Shown here: in pieces, positions 10,022 to 20,663 of the stretch
Numbering within the stretch: position 1 is the stretch's first letter
How the letters are laid out: each line of letters begins with the position of its first letter
DNA from: Methanocella sp.
GTDB taxonomy: Archaea; Thermoproteota; Bathyarchaeia; Bathyarchaeales; Bathycorpusculaceae
Assembly (NCBI GenBank): GCA_050261115.1
Contig: JBLNCY010000010.1
Coordinates: 113,757-177,756, forward strand
Reading direction: 5' to 3'
Length of the DNA: 64,000 nucleotides
Position numbers and translations under genes: made by a program
Notes under the pieces: generated by a model
Told to the model about the DNA's origin: nothing
Databases searched by the model: none
What the model saw: the letters and a program-made list of their open reading frames with translations, nothing else

Positions 10022-10183
10022 ATGCCAACTCACGGTTCACTCTCAAAAGCAGGGAAAGTCCGTTCTCAGACGCCCAAAGTAGAGGCAAAACAGAGAACAT
10101 CTCCAAGCCCCAAAAACCGAAGCAGACGCAACTACGAAAAACGCGTAGTTCTGCAACGGAAAGCGGGCCAAAACTGGATGTAA
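10022..10183 (+). CDS. rps30e: 30S ribosomal protein S30e (not in ORF track)
   Basis: Manual translation MPTHGSLSKAGKVRSQTPKVEAK...RRNYEKR, 53 aa; HGSL.KAGKVR.QTPK is the eS30 signature. Confidence 0.95.
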   Translation: MPTHGSLSKAGKVRSQTPKVEAKQRTSPSPKNRSRRNYEKRVVLQRKAGQNWM

Positions 10184-10269
10184 ACCCCACACTTTTTCCC
10201 CACATAACCCAACATTTCACAGCTTACTTTATTTATTCGTTAACTCAAACCTACGATAGGTACCGCCAT

Positions 10270-11862
10270 TTGACATACAACACTGCCCTGCGAGAAATCA
10301 TCACGACCCTACTTGCAATGGATAACCCCACCCGTAACGACGTAAACAAACTAAAAATCAAAACCGCAGGCAAATACCACCTCGACAAGGTCCCCTCAAG
10401 CGCAGACATAATCAGCCAACTCACCCCCCAAGAAGCAAAACAACTCATACCCATTCTAAAACGCAAAGTTACACGCACCATAAGCGGTGTAACCGTCGTC
10501 GCAACTATGACAAAACCCTACCCTTGCCCACAACCCGAACCCTGCGCCTACTGCCCCGGCGGCCCAACCCTGGGCTCCCCACAGAGCTACACAGGCCATG
10601 AACCAGCCGCCATGCGAGGCTCACAGAACAATTTCGATCCCTATGAGCAGGTCATGAGCCGCATAAACCAGCTAACACAGATTGGGCACAAAGTCGATAA
10701 AATCGAGTTAATCGTAATGGGCGGTACCTTTCCGGCGACGCCAATTGAGTATCAGACGTGGTTTATTCAACGCTGCCTTGACGCAATCACCCAAAAAACC
10801 TCCACTAGCATGGAAGAGGCTATGGCAAACGCGGAGGTCAGTCAAATTCGCAATGTCGGTATAACGGTTGAAACTCGGCCTGATTGGTGCAAGCAATCTC
10901 ATGTCGACGCTATGTTGGGTATGGGTGTTACCCGTATAGAGTTGGGTGTGCAGAATCCGAGTGACGAAGTCTATCGGCTTGTTGGTAGAACCCATACTGT
11001 TTCAGATGTGATAGAGGCTACTCGGATCGCTAAGGATGCGGGGTTGAAGATTGTTTATCATATGATGCCTGGCATGCCTGGCTCCAACCCACAACGGGAC
11101 CTTGAGGCCTTCAACCGCATCTTCACTGACCCCGCTTTCAAGCCGGATATGATAAAGATTTACCCTTGCCTCGCCATCGACGGCACCAAAGCCTACCAAT
11201 GGTACAAAGAAGGCACATACCAGCCCTACAGCACTGAGCAGGCTGCCGAAATCATAGCGGAAATCAAAAAAACCATCCCCCAATGGGTACGCGTCATGCG
11301 TGTCCAACGCGACATCCCAGCACGGCTAATCCTCTCAGGTGTAAAGAAAAGCAACCTTCGCGAATTAGCCCAGCAGAAACTCGCCGAGCACGGCTTGCGA
11401 TGTCGGTGTATTAGGTGCCGTGAGGTGGGCCATCGCCTACAGGTTGACCGCGTAAAGCCCGACTTAGGTAAGGTTGAGATTCGAACCCAAAGATACGACG
11501 CCTCTGAGGGCCAAGAATTCTTCATCTCAGCCGAAGACCCCGAAAACGACGTGCTCTTGGGATACTTGCGCATGCGCATACCCTCCGCAAAAGCACACCG
11601 CCCCGAAATCACCCAAGTTCGCTCTGCAGTAGTGCGGGAGTTGCACGTTTATGGTCAGTTGGTGCCGGTGGGTAAGCGTGAAGACAGCGCAGTGCAGCAC
11701 CGCGGCTACGGCAAAGACCTTCTCTTGGAGGCGGAGCGTATAGCGGGTGAGGAGTTTGGGCTGGAAAAGCTTTTAGTCATTAGTGCATTAGGAACAAGGC
11801 GGTACTACATGCGCCACGGTTATGGGCGTGATGGAGTTTACGTTTCAAAAAGGCTGAAATAG
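10270..11862 (+). CDS. elp3: Elp3 tRNA uridine(34) acetyltransferase (radical SAM plus KAT domain)
   Basis: RTISGV, CPQPEPCAYCPGG, MGGTF, ETRPD, RVQRDIP, RELHVYG, QHRGYG. Confidence 0.96.
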   Translation: MTYNTALREIITTLLAMDNPTRNDVNKLKIKTAGKYHLDKVPSSADIISQLTPQEAKQLIPILKRKVTRTISGVTVVATMTKPYPCPQPEPCAYCPGGPTLGSPQSYTGHEPAAMRGSQNNFDPYEQVMSRINQLTQIGHKVDKIELIVMGGTFPATPIEYQTWFIQRCLDAITQKTSTSMEEAMANAEVSQIRNVGITVETRPDWCKQSHVDAMLGMGVTRIELGVQNPSDEVYRLVGRTHTVSDVIEATRIAKDAGLKIVYHMMPGMPGSNPQRDLEAFNRIFTDPAFKPDMIKIYPCLAIDGTKAYQWYKEGTYQPYSTEQAAEIIAEIKKTIPQWVRVMRVQRDIPARLILSGVKKSNLRELAQQKLAEHGLRCRCIRCREVGHRLQVDRVKPDLGKVEIRTQRYDASEGQEFFISAEDPENDVLLGYLRMRIPSAKAHRPEITQVRSAVVRELHVYGQLVPVGKREDSAVQHRGYGKDLLLEAERIAGEEFGLEKLLVISALGTRRYYMRHGYGRDGVYVSKRLK

Positions 11863-11864
11863 GC

Positions 11865-13208
11865 ATGAGTGAACTTGAAGCATACGGCTACAAAGGCCAC
11901 GCACTCCAGTTACTAAAAGCGGCAGACTGCAGCGTCGGCGATATTCTTAGAGTTACAAGTAAAGGCAAAACCTACGAGGGCATCCTGATTCCCCGCTTTG
12001 GCGAAAGCCAAGCCATCATTATCAAGATGAAAAGCGGCTACAACATCGGCATTCAAGCCACCCCAGACGTAAATGTGGAAAAAATCGGCAAGGGAACCGC
12101 GCCAAAGTTTGAATCGCCCCCCCTGCCCAAACAAAACCCCGCCCTGCCACATGTGGTTATTATGAGTACAGGCGGAACCATCGCTAGCCGCGTAGACTAC
12201 CGCACCGGCGCCGTCCGCAGCGCGATGTCTGCAAGTGACCTCTATGGTGTTGTGCCCGAATTAGCCGACCTCGCCAGAGTCGACACGGAATTCGTGTTTA
12301 GCATCTACAGCGAGAACCTTCGCCAGCAAGACTGGACGGAGCTAGCTAAAAAAGTTGCAGAGCGAATCGAAGCAGGCGTAGACGGAGTCGTCATCGCGCA
12401 CGGCACCGACACCATGGGCTACACCTCCGCCGCGCTAAGCTTTGCCCTCCAGAACCTCTCAGTCCCTGTCATACTTGTTGGCGCACAGCGATCCTCCGAC
12501 CGACCCAGCAGCGACGCCGCCACCAACCTCATCGGCGCAGTCAAAGCCGCCGGAGAAGCCCCCTTTGCCGAAGTCGGCTTAGCCATGCATGAAAACCCTT
12601 CTGACACCACCATCGCGATCCATCGGGGTACCAAAGTGCGCAAGTGCCACACCAGTCGCCGAGATACCTTCAAATCCATAAACGGCTTTCCCATCGCTCG
12701 CGTAGAGAACCTTAAGGTCTCCATGGCCACCGACAGCTACCAAAAACGGGATCCCAACCGCAAGCTAGTGCTCAAACCAGACTTTTGCGACAAAGTCGCA
12801 CTCGTCAAATTCTACCCAGGACTTGACCCCGCAGTCATCGACTTCTATGTCGAGCGCGGTTTTAGAGGTATTTTGCTGGAGGGCACAGGTTTGGGGCATG
12901 TGAGTAAGTTCTGTTTCGAAGCAATCCAACGCGCCATAGCAAAGGGCGTGGTGGTTGCGTTGGTCTCGCAGTGCATATGGGGGCGCGTAGACATGAACGT
13001 TTACGATACAGGTCGTGACCTGCTAAGTTTCGGTGTTATTCCCTTGGAGGATATGTTCCCAGAAACTGGTTTAGTGAAGCTCATGTGGGTGCTTGGGCAA
13101 ACCACCGACCCCAAAGAAGCCGCACAGCTAATGCAGACAAATATTGCAGGCGAAATCTCACCACGCACACTTCCACAGGATAAAGTAACGGTAGGAGGAA
13201 AACAGTAA
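11865..13208 (+). CDS. gatD: Glutamyl-tRNA(Gln) amidotransferase subunit D
   Basis: KSGYNIG, STGGTIASRVDYRTG, HGTDT, GAQRSSDRPSSD. Confidence 0.97.
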   Translation: MSELEAYGYKGHALQLLKAADCSVGDILRVTSKGKTYEGILIPRFGESQAIIIKMKSGYNIGIQATPDVNVEKIGKGTAPKFESPPLPKQNPALPHVVIMSTGGTIASRVDYRTGAVRSAMSASDLYGVVPELADLARVDTEFVFSIYSENLRQQDWTELAKKVAERIEAGVDGVVIAHGTDTMGYTSAALSFALQNLSVPVILVGAQRSSDRPSSDAATNLIGAVKAAGEAPFAEVGLAMHENPSDTTIAIHRGTKVRKCHTSRRDTFKSINGFPIARVENLKVSMATDSYQKRDPNRKLVLKPDFCDKVALVKFYPGLDPAVIDFYVERGFRGILLEGTGLGHVSKFCFEAIQRAIAKGVVVALVSQCIWGRVDMNVYDTGRDLLSFGVIPLEDMFPETGLVKLMWVLGQTTDPKEAAQLMQTNIAGEISPRTLPQDKVTVGGKQ

Positions 13209-15106
13209 TGGCGATTGACTATGCGAAAGTCGGTTTAAAATGCGGACTTGAAATCCACCAACAACTAAACGTCGGTAGCAAACTCTTCTGCAGCTGCCCA
13301 CCCGAGCTCTTTAAAGAAGACCCCGAAATCACCTTCCTACGCCGCCTACGCCCAACCCAAAGCGAACTCGGTCAGGTGGATCCAGCGGCGTACTTTGAGT
13401 TCCAGAAGGGCGTAAAAATACTATACGAAGCAAACCACAAAAGCAGCTGTCTAGTGGAGATGGACGAGGAACCCCCTCACCCCATCAACATAGATGCAGT
13501 AAAAGTTGTTTTGACTGCGGCTTTGATGATGAATATGCAGCCAGTCGACGAAGTGCACGTAATGCGCAAAACCGTCATCGACGGAAGCAACACCACGGGT
13601 TTCCAGCGCACCACCATCATAGCCTTGGACGGCTGGATCAAAGTCGGCGAAAAAGTTATCCCTATTCAAGCCGCCAGCCTCGAGGAGGACGCAGCACGCA
13701 AGACCGGCACACAGGATGAGGGCAAAACCATCCGCTACCGAATCGACCGCCTTGGCATCCCACTTATCGAAGTTGCCACCGCACCGGTGATTTATTCTCC
13801 GCAGGAGGCGCAGGAAGTCGCGTTTGCTATCGGAAGAATTCTGCGAGACACCCAAAAGGTGATGCGTGGACTGGGCACTATCCGCCAAGACCTCAACGTT
13901 TCCTTGCCAAACGGCGCCCTAATCGAAATCAAAGGCGTCCAAGAACTCGAGTTAATCTCAATAGTAGTCGACTATGAGGTCCAGCGACAACTTAACTTAC
14001 TTGCAATCAAAGACGAACTCGCCAAGCGTGGCATAACACCCGACCAGCTAAAACCACAGTTCGTCGATGTCACAGAGTTATTCAAGGCCACCAAGAGTAA
14101 AGTCATTCGTAAAGCAGTCGATAAAAACCAAAAAGTCCTCGCCGTTAAATTACCTGGCTTCAACGGCTTAACTGGGCGTGAATTGATGCCTAACTTCCGC
14201 TTAGGCAGTGAATTATCCGATTATGCAAAGTTCTGGGGACGAGTCGGCGGCATATTCCATACTGACGAGGTGCTGGCAAACTATGGCATCACTGACGAAG
14301 AGGTCAAAGCCTTGCGATCGGCAGTCGGCACTGCTGACGAGGATGCCGTTGTTTTTGTTGCAGATACCGCTGAGAACACTCATGACGCGCTCAAAGCAGT
14401 GGTTGAACGTGCACAGGTGGCTTGCCAATGTATTCCTCAGGAGACCCGAACCGCCAAAGACGACGGCACCACACGCTTCATGCGCCCCCGCCCCGGGGCG
14501 GCAAGAATGTACCCCGAAACCGACATTCCACCCCAACCAATCACCGAGAACCTAATCGAGGAAGTTAAAGCAAACCTCCCCGAACCAGCAGAAAAGAAAC
14601 TCGCACGCCTCATCAAACAGTACAATCTAAACGAAAAACTCGCCAAACAACTCCTCGACTCCGAATACCTCCCCGTCTTCGAAGACGTAGCCAAATTGCC
14701 CGGCGTCCAAGCCTCAACAATCGCGGCTTTCCTAACCGAGACAGTCAAGGCGCTCCAACGCGAAGGCATCCACACCCACCATGTCCCCGAAGAGCAGATT
14801 GTGGCTATCTTTAGGGCTGTGGGCGCGGGTGAACTTGCAAAAGAAGCCCTTGCTGATGTCTTCAGCTGGCTGGCTAAAAACGAAGGAAAAACCTTTGCGG
14901 ATGCAACTCAGGCGTTGGGTTTGAAGATGTTCACTGAAGCAGAGTTAGCCCCAATAATTGATCGCATTGTTGCCGTCAATAAGGCGCAGATTGAGCGGCT
15001 GGGCAAGAACGCATTTGGGCTGCTTATGGGTGCTGCCATGAAGGAAGTGCGTGGTAAAGCCAGCCCAGATCTTGTGGGCAGGATGCTGCGTGAACGCCTC
15101 CCATAA
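13208..15106 (+). CDS. gatE: Glutamyl-tRNA(Gln) amidotransferase subunit E
   Basis: GLEIHQQL, MRKTVIDGSNTTGFQRT, RGLGTIRQD, RPRPGAARMYPETD. Confidence 0.97.
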   Translation: MAIDYAKVGLKCGLEIHQQLNVGSKLFCSCPPELFKEDPEITFLRRLRPTQSELGQVDPAAYFEFQKGVKILYEANHKSSCLVEMDEEPPHPINIDAVKVVLTAALMMNMQPVDEVHVMRKTVIDGSNTTGFQRTTIIALDGWIKVGEKVIPIQAASLEEDAARKTGTQDEGKTIRYRIDRLGIPLIEVATAPVIYSPQEAQEVAFAIGRILRDTQKVMRGLGTIRQDLNVSLPNGALIEIKGVQELELISIVVDYEVQRQLNLLAIKDELAKRGITPDQLKPQFVDVTELFKATKSKVIRKAVDKNQKVLAVKLPGFNGLTGRELMPNFRLGSELSDYAKFWGRVGGIFHTDEVLANYGITDEEVKALRSAVGTADEDAVVFVADTAENTHDALKAVVERAQVACQCIPQETRTAKDDGTTRFMRPRPGAARMYPETDIPPQPITENLIEEVKANLPEPAEKKLARLIKQYNLNEKLAKQLLDSEYLPVFEDVAKLPGVQASTIAAFLTETVKALQREGIHTHHVPEEQIVAIFRAVGAGELAKEALADVFSWLAKNEGKTFADATQALGLKMFTEAELAPIIDRIVAVNKAQIERLGKNAFGLLMGAAMKEVRGKASPDLVGRMLRERLP

Positions 15107-15203
15107 TCGCCGTCCTCTCTTTTTTGTTTTTTCTGTTTTTGCGTTAATGCTGTCATAAACTCTAAAAAGCTTAAAACCGCATATAGCCCTTGAGGAGCAG
15201 ACG

Positions 15204-15677
15204 TTGAAGCGCATTGAAGCCCGCATTAAAACCTCGTTTGGCGAAGTTGTTATCGAAGGAGATCAGCCCCAAGACATCCTTGACATGCTAAACAACATAC
15301 CTGAGAACTTTACTGAGAGGCTTTCAGATTTCGTCTCAAACAGGCTTACGCCTTCAGGTGCCCAGCTTAAGGGCATTATTGAACCAACCACCGAGGGCCC
15401 CGTTATTGTAACACGGGAGAATTTGACTCACTACGAGGCTGTAGGCTTAGTGCTATATGCATCCGATGATAAACGAAACACAGCCGCGCAGATACAGAAG
15501 CTGCTTGAGTCAAGCGGCATAAAAAGCATGGTTCCAGCGCGCCTAAACGAGATGACCAAGCGTGCCCAAGTGTTCAAGCCGGATCCCAACAAGCCCGAGT
15601 TCAAGCTTACCATTCAGGGAGAGAAGTGGATTGAGGAAGAAGTGCTGCCTAAACTGAGGAGCAAAATGGGCGGCTAG
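15204..15677 (+). CDS. Hypothetical protein, possible C-terminal winged-helix domain
   Basis: 157 aa; C-terminal FKLTIQGEKW resembles the wing YxLTxxG pattern. Confidence 0.65.
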   Translation: MKRIEARIKTSFGEVVIEGDQPQDILDMLNNIPENFTERLSDFVSNRLTPSGAQLKGIIEPTTEGPVIVTRENLTHYEAVGLVLYASDDKRNTAAQIQKLLESSGIKSMVPARLNEMTKRAQVFKPDPNKPEFKLTIQGEKWIEEEVLPKLRSKMGG

Positions 15678-15745
15678 CACCGAAGCAAGCGCTGGTTGGA
15701 AAGGTATATTACAGCCTAGCCTAGACTATTTTTGAGGGAAAAAAC

Positions 15746-16000
15746 ATGAATCCTTCTCTTTTCATGATGGTAGTCTACTCTATACTTGACAGCCTCGGAC
15801 TTGGTGGCATCGACTGGGTTTTTCTTTTTATCCTTGTCATCATCGGTTTAGTCATCATTGTTCTCCTTAAGCTGTTCTTAGTGCTTATACCGGCGATTCT
15901 GGTGGCGATCTTAGTTTGGTTCTTAACTGGCGGCGACTTATTCTGGGCAGGCGTAGCTTTCCTAGTGGTAGCCTTGTTGTCATTAATATCAAAACTCTAA
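15746..16000 (+). CDS. Small hydrophobic membrane protein
   Basis: 84 aa, about three TM segments. Confidence 0.7.
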   Translation: MNPSLFMMVVYSILDSLGLGGIDWVFLFILVIIGLVIIVLLKLFLVLIPAILVAILVWFLTGGDLFWAGVAFLVVALLSLISKL

Positions 16001-16034
16001 TTTCTACACCCTTTTCTTCCCAACCGCTTGTTAA

Positions 16035-16205
16035 AACTTAGCGCATTTTCTACCAGAAACAGTTTTGCAACCACTAATTATTTATTCCGCAAATATGTAG
16101 CTCCAGCCTTCAAATAACCTGCAACCATCCAGATATGCCCCGCTGTCATCGACGGTTGTTGAAAAGTCCATATATAAGGGGCGGAGTCTATTGCAGAGCA
16201 ACAAG
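16035..16205 (+). repeat. Dispersed intergenic repeat, copy C (near full length)
   Basis: TTTTCTACCAGAAACAGTTTTGCA...AACCTGCAACCATCCAGATATG...CGGTTGTTGAAAAGTCCATATATAAGGGG...CAGAGCAACAAG; between convergent genes. Confidence 0.75.
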
Positions 16206-16209
16206 GTCC

Positions 16210-17160
16210 TCAATGTTGGATTTTTACAACCGTATTCTTAGCTGATGACTCCATAGCCGCCGTTGCAATCTCAAGCGCTTTAACGCCATCTTCGCCGGTT
16301 ACAATGGGTTTTGCTTTTTTGTTTATGCAATCCACGAAGTGCTGAAGTTCGGCTTTAAGCGGCTCTTGGAATGGTAGTCTGGGCTGTACAGTCTGAGTTT
16401 TTTCTTCAATCCAGATGTCCTGCGTGTTATAGTCAAGCCGCATTATAGCGTCGGTGCCCGTGGCGATCAATGTGCGGGTTTTGTAGGGCGTTAGCCAATT
16501 GGATTCAATAAATGCGGTTGCGCCGTTTTCGTAGGTGAGCATTATCTGGGCGTAGTCTTCGAATTTCTGGATACGTTTGCTGCCCATCTTTGCATAAATA
16601 CTAATGGGGTCCTGTTCAAATATGAAGCGCATAACGTCAATGTCATGAATCGCAGTGTCCTTGACCACACCAACATCGCCTATACGTTCAGGCCACTGCG
16701 AGACGCGTTTAGCGGTAACGGAAACTAACTCGCCGATTTTTCGATTCTCAACTGATTGGCGAATAAGCTGTAAGCCTGGAATGAAGCGCATTAAGAAGCC
16801 AACAGTTAGGTGTAAGTCGGTTTCCTGCGCCGTCTTAACCAACTGACGGGCCTGATCGGGGGTTGTTGACATGGGTTTCTCCACAAGCACATGCTTACCC
16901 GCGTTTAGAGCCTTCATGGCTTCCTGAAACAGAATGGTGGACCATGTGCATACGTTGACGGCTTGGATGGATTTGTCCTTAAACATCTCTGCACTGTCAC
17001 TATAGGCTTTAACGCCATACTGGTCTGCCATGGCTTTTGCTCGTTCAGCGTTAACATCACATACAGCGACAAGTTCTACTGAGGGAAGTTCTTTATAGAC
17101 ACGTGCATGGTTTTTGCCCCACTGCCCGGTTCCGATAACTGCAACGCCAATTTTAGACAT
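16210..17160 (-). CDS. Gfo/Idh/MocA family oxidoreductase (nucleotide-sugar dehydrogenase-like)
   Basis: VIGTGQWGKNH, HVLVEKP, DTAIHDID. Confidence 0.9.
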   Translation of the reverse strand: MSKIGVAVIGTGQWGKNHARVYKELPSVELVAVCDVNAERAKAMADQYGVKAYSDSAEMFKDKSIQAVNVCTWSTILFQEAMKALNAGKHVLVEKPMSTTPDQARQLVKTAQETDLHLTVGFLMRFIPGLQLIRQSVENRKIGELVSVTAKRVSQWPERIGDVGVVKDTAIHDIDVMRFIFEQDPISIYAKMGSKRIQKFEDYAQIMLTYENGATAFIESNWLTPYKTRTLIATGTDAIMRLDYNTQDIWIEEKTQTVQPRLPFQEPLKAELQHFVDCINKKAKPIVTGEDGVKALEIATAAMESSAKNTVVKIQH

Positions 17161-17352
17161 ATAAAGTAACCGTCTTTTTACTTAAAATAACACTTTATCT
17201 TCCCTAAGTGTTTTTCCTAAACTACCAAACCAACAATAGATTGCCCATACACCGGGTAATCTGTTGCACATAGCACCTGTTAATCGCTGGCGTTGGCGTA
17301 GCTTTTATTAAGGCAACAGCACCTTAACATGCCAAACAAGGTGCCAAAAAGT

Positions 17353-18399
17353 ATGCCCAAAGTCAAAGTAGCATTAATCGGCGTAGGAAACTGCGCCTCA
17401 TCATTCGTCCAAGGCATCCAATATTACAGCAAACCAGACGCCAACCAACAGGGACTCCGCAACCCCACACTTGCAGGCTTAACGCCCAATGATATTGAGG
17501 TGGTTGCAGCATTCGATGTTGATAACCGAAAAGTCGGCAAAGACCTCTCCGAAGCAATCTTTGCACAACCAAACAACGCCCCAAAAGTCTGCGACGTACC
17601 CATCCTCGGCGTTAAAGTTTCCAAAGGTCCCCTTCTAGACGGCGTCGGGGAATCCACCAAAGCCCTAATTGAAATCAGCAACCAAGCTGACGTAAACGTA
17701 GCGCAGGTTTTACTTGCTGCACAAGCAGAAGTAGCCATTTGTTTACTTCCAAGCGGCGCAACTAACGCGGCCCGCTTCTACGCAACCCAAGCCATAGCAG
17801 CAAACTGCGCCTTTATCAACGCTACACCCACCTTTATCGCAAGCGAGCCCTCAATAGCCCAACAATTCGAAGACGCAGACCTGCCCTTAGTCGGCGATGA
17901 TCTTGTTGACCAAATCGGTTCAACCGCACTCCACAAAACACTGCTAAAACTCCTAAGCGACAGCGGCGTCCACATAAATGAAACCTATCAGCTTGACGTC
18001 GGAGGAGGCACCGAATCCGTTGACACAATGGATCGCACACGCGACGCCAAACGCATCATCAAAACCGAATCCGTAGAATCATCGTTACCCTATAAAACTC
18101 AGGTCGTAGCAGGCTCAACAGACTTTGTGGATTTCCTAAAGAACAAACGTGACAGCTACTTCTGGATACAGGGTACCTACTTCTGCAACACGCCGCTCAT
18201 CATCGACCTCAAATTCCAAACCGTCGATGCACCCAACGCAGGCAGCGTTCTCTTCGATGTAGTTCGCGCAGTAAAGTTGGCGAAAACCAGAAAGCAGGGC
18301 GGCGCTATCGAGGCAGTCTCGGCTTATGGCTTTAAGCATCCGCCAAAGATGCTGTCTCTTGAAGAGGCAGAAGCTGAATTCAAAAAGTTTGTCGCCTAA
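17353..18399 (+). CDS. ino1: myo-Inositol-1-phosphate synthase family protein
   Basis: IGVGNCASSFVQG, VAAFDVD..KVGKDLSEAIF, GDD..QIGST, DAPNAG; start could be 17329. Confidence 0.88.
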   Translation: MPKVKVALIGVGNCASSFVQGIQYYSKPDANQQGLRNPTLAGLTPNDIEVVAAFDVDNRKVGKDLSEAIFAQPNNAPKVCDVPILGVKVSKGPLLDGVGESTKALIEISNQADVNVAQVLLAAQAEVAICLLPSGATNAARFYATQAIAANCAFINATPTFIASEPSIAQQFEDADLPLVGDDLVDQIGSTALHKTLLKLLSDSGVHINETYQLDVGGGTESVDTMDRTRDAKRIIKTESVESSLPYKTQVVAGSTDFVDFLKNKRDSYFWIQGTYFCNTPLIIDLKFQTVDAPNAGSVLFDVVRAVKLAKTRKQGGAIEAVSAYGFKHPPKMLSLEEAEAEFKKFVA

Positions 18400-18534
18400 C
18401 TCCCTCTTTAGCCGCAAACAACATTTTCCTTTATTTCCCTTTTACTTTTGATATTATTCGAACCGTTCCCTCTTGGAATCCTCAAATGGTGATTTAAGCA
18501 CTAAAAATAGAGAGAAAGGGACAATTGGTCTTAG

Positions 18535-19641
18535 TTAAAGCGTGTCGAGTTCCGCAAGTATCTTGCCTTTAACGCCGTTCTCTTTTAGGGTGTCCTTTAG
18601 GAAGTCGATGCATTTGACGGGCGTGGGGTCTTGCTTACGGGTTACGGCATAGTATACGCTGATAAAATCGCCTATCACTATGGTCGAAATTATTTTTGCA
18701 AGAGCGCTTTGGCCCTGTACATGCAAGTCAAACATGATTAGACCCCGCTGCTCCATGATGGCTTTAGTTGTATCTATGCGGCTTTCGATTTCTATGGGTT
18801 CATTGTCTACGTCGCGGATGAATATGACTGAGAAGTATCTGTTTAGTTCGCCGCTGGTTTGCCAACCTACAATCTCGTTATGATTCAACTCTGGGAAGTA
18901 TTCCCATTTAGCCGGTGTCTTGCTGTTCTCGTTGAACTGTTGCTTGAATCTTTGAGCAACAGCCCTGTAAATGCCAAACCCATAGACGGTTGGTGCAGCG
19001 TCGCCGATGTGCTGAGCTATTTCTTTGGCGGGGCTATCACACCACTGTTTATCGATTCCGTTTTCAGCACAAACCTTGTCAAGCAACACAAACGTCTCCT
19101 CAAGCTCTTCTGTTACCCCTCCAATTAAACCGACCTTCTCGAAAAGTATCAAGAGCGGCACAAGCATGTATGGGAGTGCTGCGCGAGGCGGCATTCCCCC
19201 TGGAACCTGCACGTAGGGTATCTTCTGTTTTCTTGCGTATTTTGCAAGTGAACCTCCACTGGTTACACAAAAAATCATGCAGCCTCTCCGTAAAGCGTCA
19301 AGAAACGCACTCAACGTTTCTTCCGTTTCACCAGAGTAACTCATCGCTAAAACCAGCGTCTTCTTTCCCACGTACGCTGGAAGCTGATAATCTCGACAAA
19401 CCTCTATGGGCACGGAAAGCTTGTCTTTAACGTAGTCTTTGAGTATGTCGCCGCCTATAGCGGAGCCGCCCATACCGATAACTACTATGTTGTCTGGTGC
19501 TGCAAATTTAACTTTGACTTTTTGTGCTATTTCGGCGGCGGCTCGATAATGTTTAGGTGCATCGATGCAAAAATTTAGCATGCCATTTTTGTCGATCGCA
19601 CGGATTTTTTCTGCGTCATTCAAAACTGATGTGGTGGTCAC
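18535..19641 (-). CDS. Bifunctional phosphoglucose/phosphomannose isomerase
   Basis: GMGGSAIGGD, SYSGETEET, PRAALPY, QFNENSK, PELNHNEIVG; GTG at 19641 follows AGGAGG. Confidence 0.92.
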   Translation of the reverse strand: MTTTSVLNDAEKIRAIDKNGMLNFCIDAPKHYRAAAEIAQKVKVKFAAPDNIVVIGMGGSAIGGDILKDYVKDKLSVPIEVCRDYQLPAYVGKKTLVLAMSYSGETEETLSAFLDALRRGCMIFCVTSGGSLAKYARKQKIPYVQVPGGMPPRAALPYMLVPLLILFEKVGLIGGVTEELEETFVLLDKVCAENGIDKQWCDSPAKEIAQHIGDAAPTVYGFGIYRAVAQRFKQQFNENSKTPAKWEYFPELNHNEIVGWQTSGELNRYFSVIFIRDVDNEPIEIESRIDTTKAIMEQRGLIMFDLHVQGQSALAKIISTIVIGDFISVYYAVTRKQDPTPVKCIDFLKDTLKENGVKGKILAELDTL

Positions 19642-19741
19642 GATAGGCCTCCTTGTTTGACCCGCATTTTTATATCTCAACACGTCCTTTTAAGCAAAGC
19701 GCAGTAGCAATACATAGTATATAAGCGCAGGTAAGTAAACT

Positions 19742-20596
19742 ATGCACACAAAAAAGCTCTCAATCGTCATCCCCGCCTCGGTTATCTCGGATACGCCGCA
19801 TTTACGGGAGAAAACCGCCAAGATAGGCATAATCGCTCGATCAGCAGCTATCTTTAGAGTAGACGAAATCATAGTTTACCCCGACAACCTTAAAGCCGAC
19901 CAACGCCGCGACCTAGCATTCATCGAGCTGATACTTAACTACCTCGAGACACCTCAGTACCTTCGTAAAGCCCTCTTCAAACTTGACCCCGACCTACAAT
20001 ACGCCGGCATTCTCCCCCCACTACGTACGCCCCACCATCCTGTAAGCGGAAAAACAAAACACCTCAAAGTAGGCGAATACCGCGAAGGCGTCATCCTATC
20101 GGAGCGTAAAGACGGCCTCTCTGTTGATATTGGGGTACAGCAACCGGCGCTGATTAGACAAAAACAATTCTCTGTTGGCGAGCGTATAACTGTTCAGGTG
20201 GTTAAGGTTGGTGCCCCAGTGGAGGTGCAACCTGTCGACCGCAGTGAGGTGCCCCTATATTGGGGTTATACCGTTCGCGTTGAGAAGCGCACGTTTGGGC
20301 AACTTATGAGCGCCGGCGAGTTTGATTTAAGAATCGCTACTGCAAGAATAGGTGACCCGTTTATGGCATTAGTCGATGGAATTGCCGAGCGCTGGACAGA
20401 AAGTGGTAGCGTGTTGTTGGCGTTTGGGGCTCCGTCGCGTGGATTGCATGAAATCGCTGCTGACGAGCACTTAAAACTTGAGGATATCGCCGACTTTATT
20501 GTGAATACGATTCCAAATCAGGGAACGGCTACAGTGCGTGCAGAAGAGGCGCTTTTAGCCTCCTTGGCACTCTTTAATGCTCATTTCAGCTATTAG
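19742..20596 (+). CDS. SPOUT-class RNA methyltransferase with inserted OB fold (DUF171/MTH1-like)
   Basis: LETPQYLRK, AGILPPL.TPHH, YWGY, NTIPNQGTATVRAEEA. Confidence 0.9.
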   Translation: MHTKKLSIVIPASVISDTPHLREKTAKIGIIARSAAIFRVDEIIVYPDNLKADQRRDLAFIELILNYLETPQYLRKALFKLDPDLQYAGILPPLRTPHHPVSGKTKHLKVGEYREGVILSERKDGLSVDIGVQQPALIRQKQFSVGERITVQVVKVGAPVEVQPVDRSEVPLYWGYTVRVEKRTFGQLMSAGEFDLRIATARIGDPFMALVDGIAERWTESGSVLLAFGAPSRGLHEIAADEHLKLEDIADFIVNTIPNQGTATVRAEEALLASLALFNAHFSY

Positions 20597-20663
20597 CTAC
20601 AGCCATCAATTCCGTGAACTATTTAGTAAAGGGATAAATTCTTCCGAACTCTTATTTTTGGGC

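Noticed and set aside
10045-10230. GGGAAAGTCC resembling the RNase P RNA P4 signature
   Set aside because: It lies within the eS30 coding sequence (AGKVR) and no matching RNase P structure follows.
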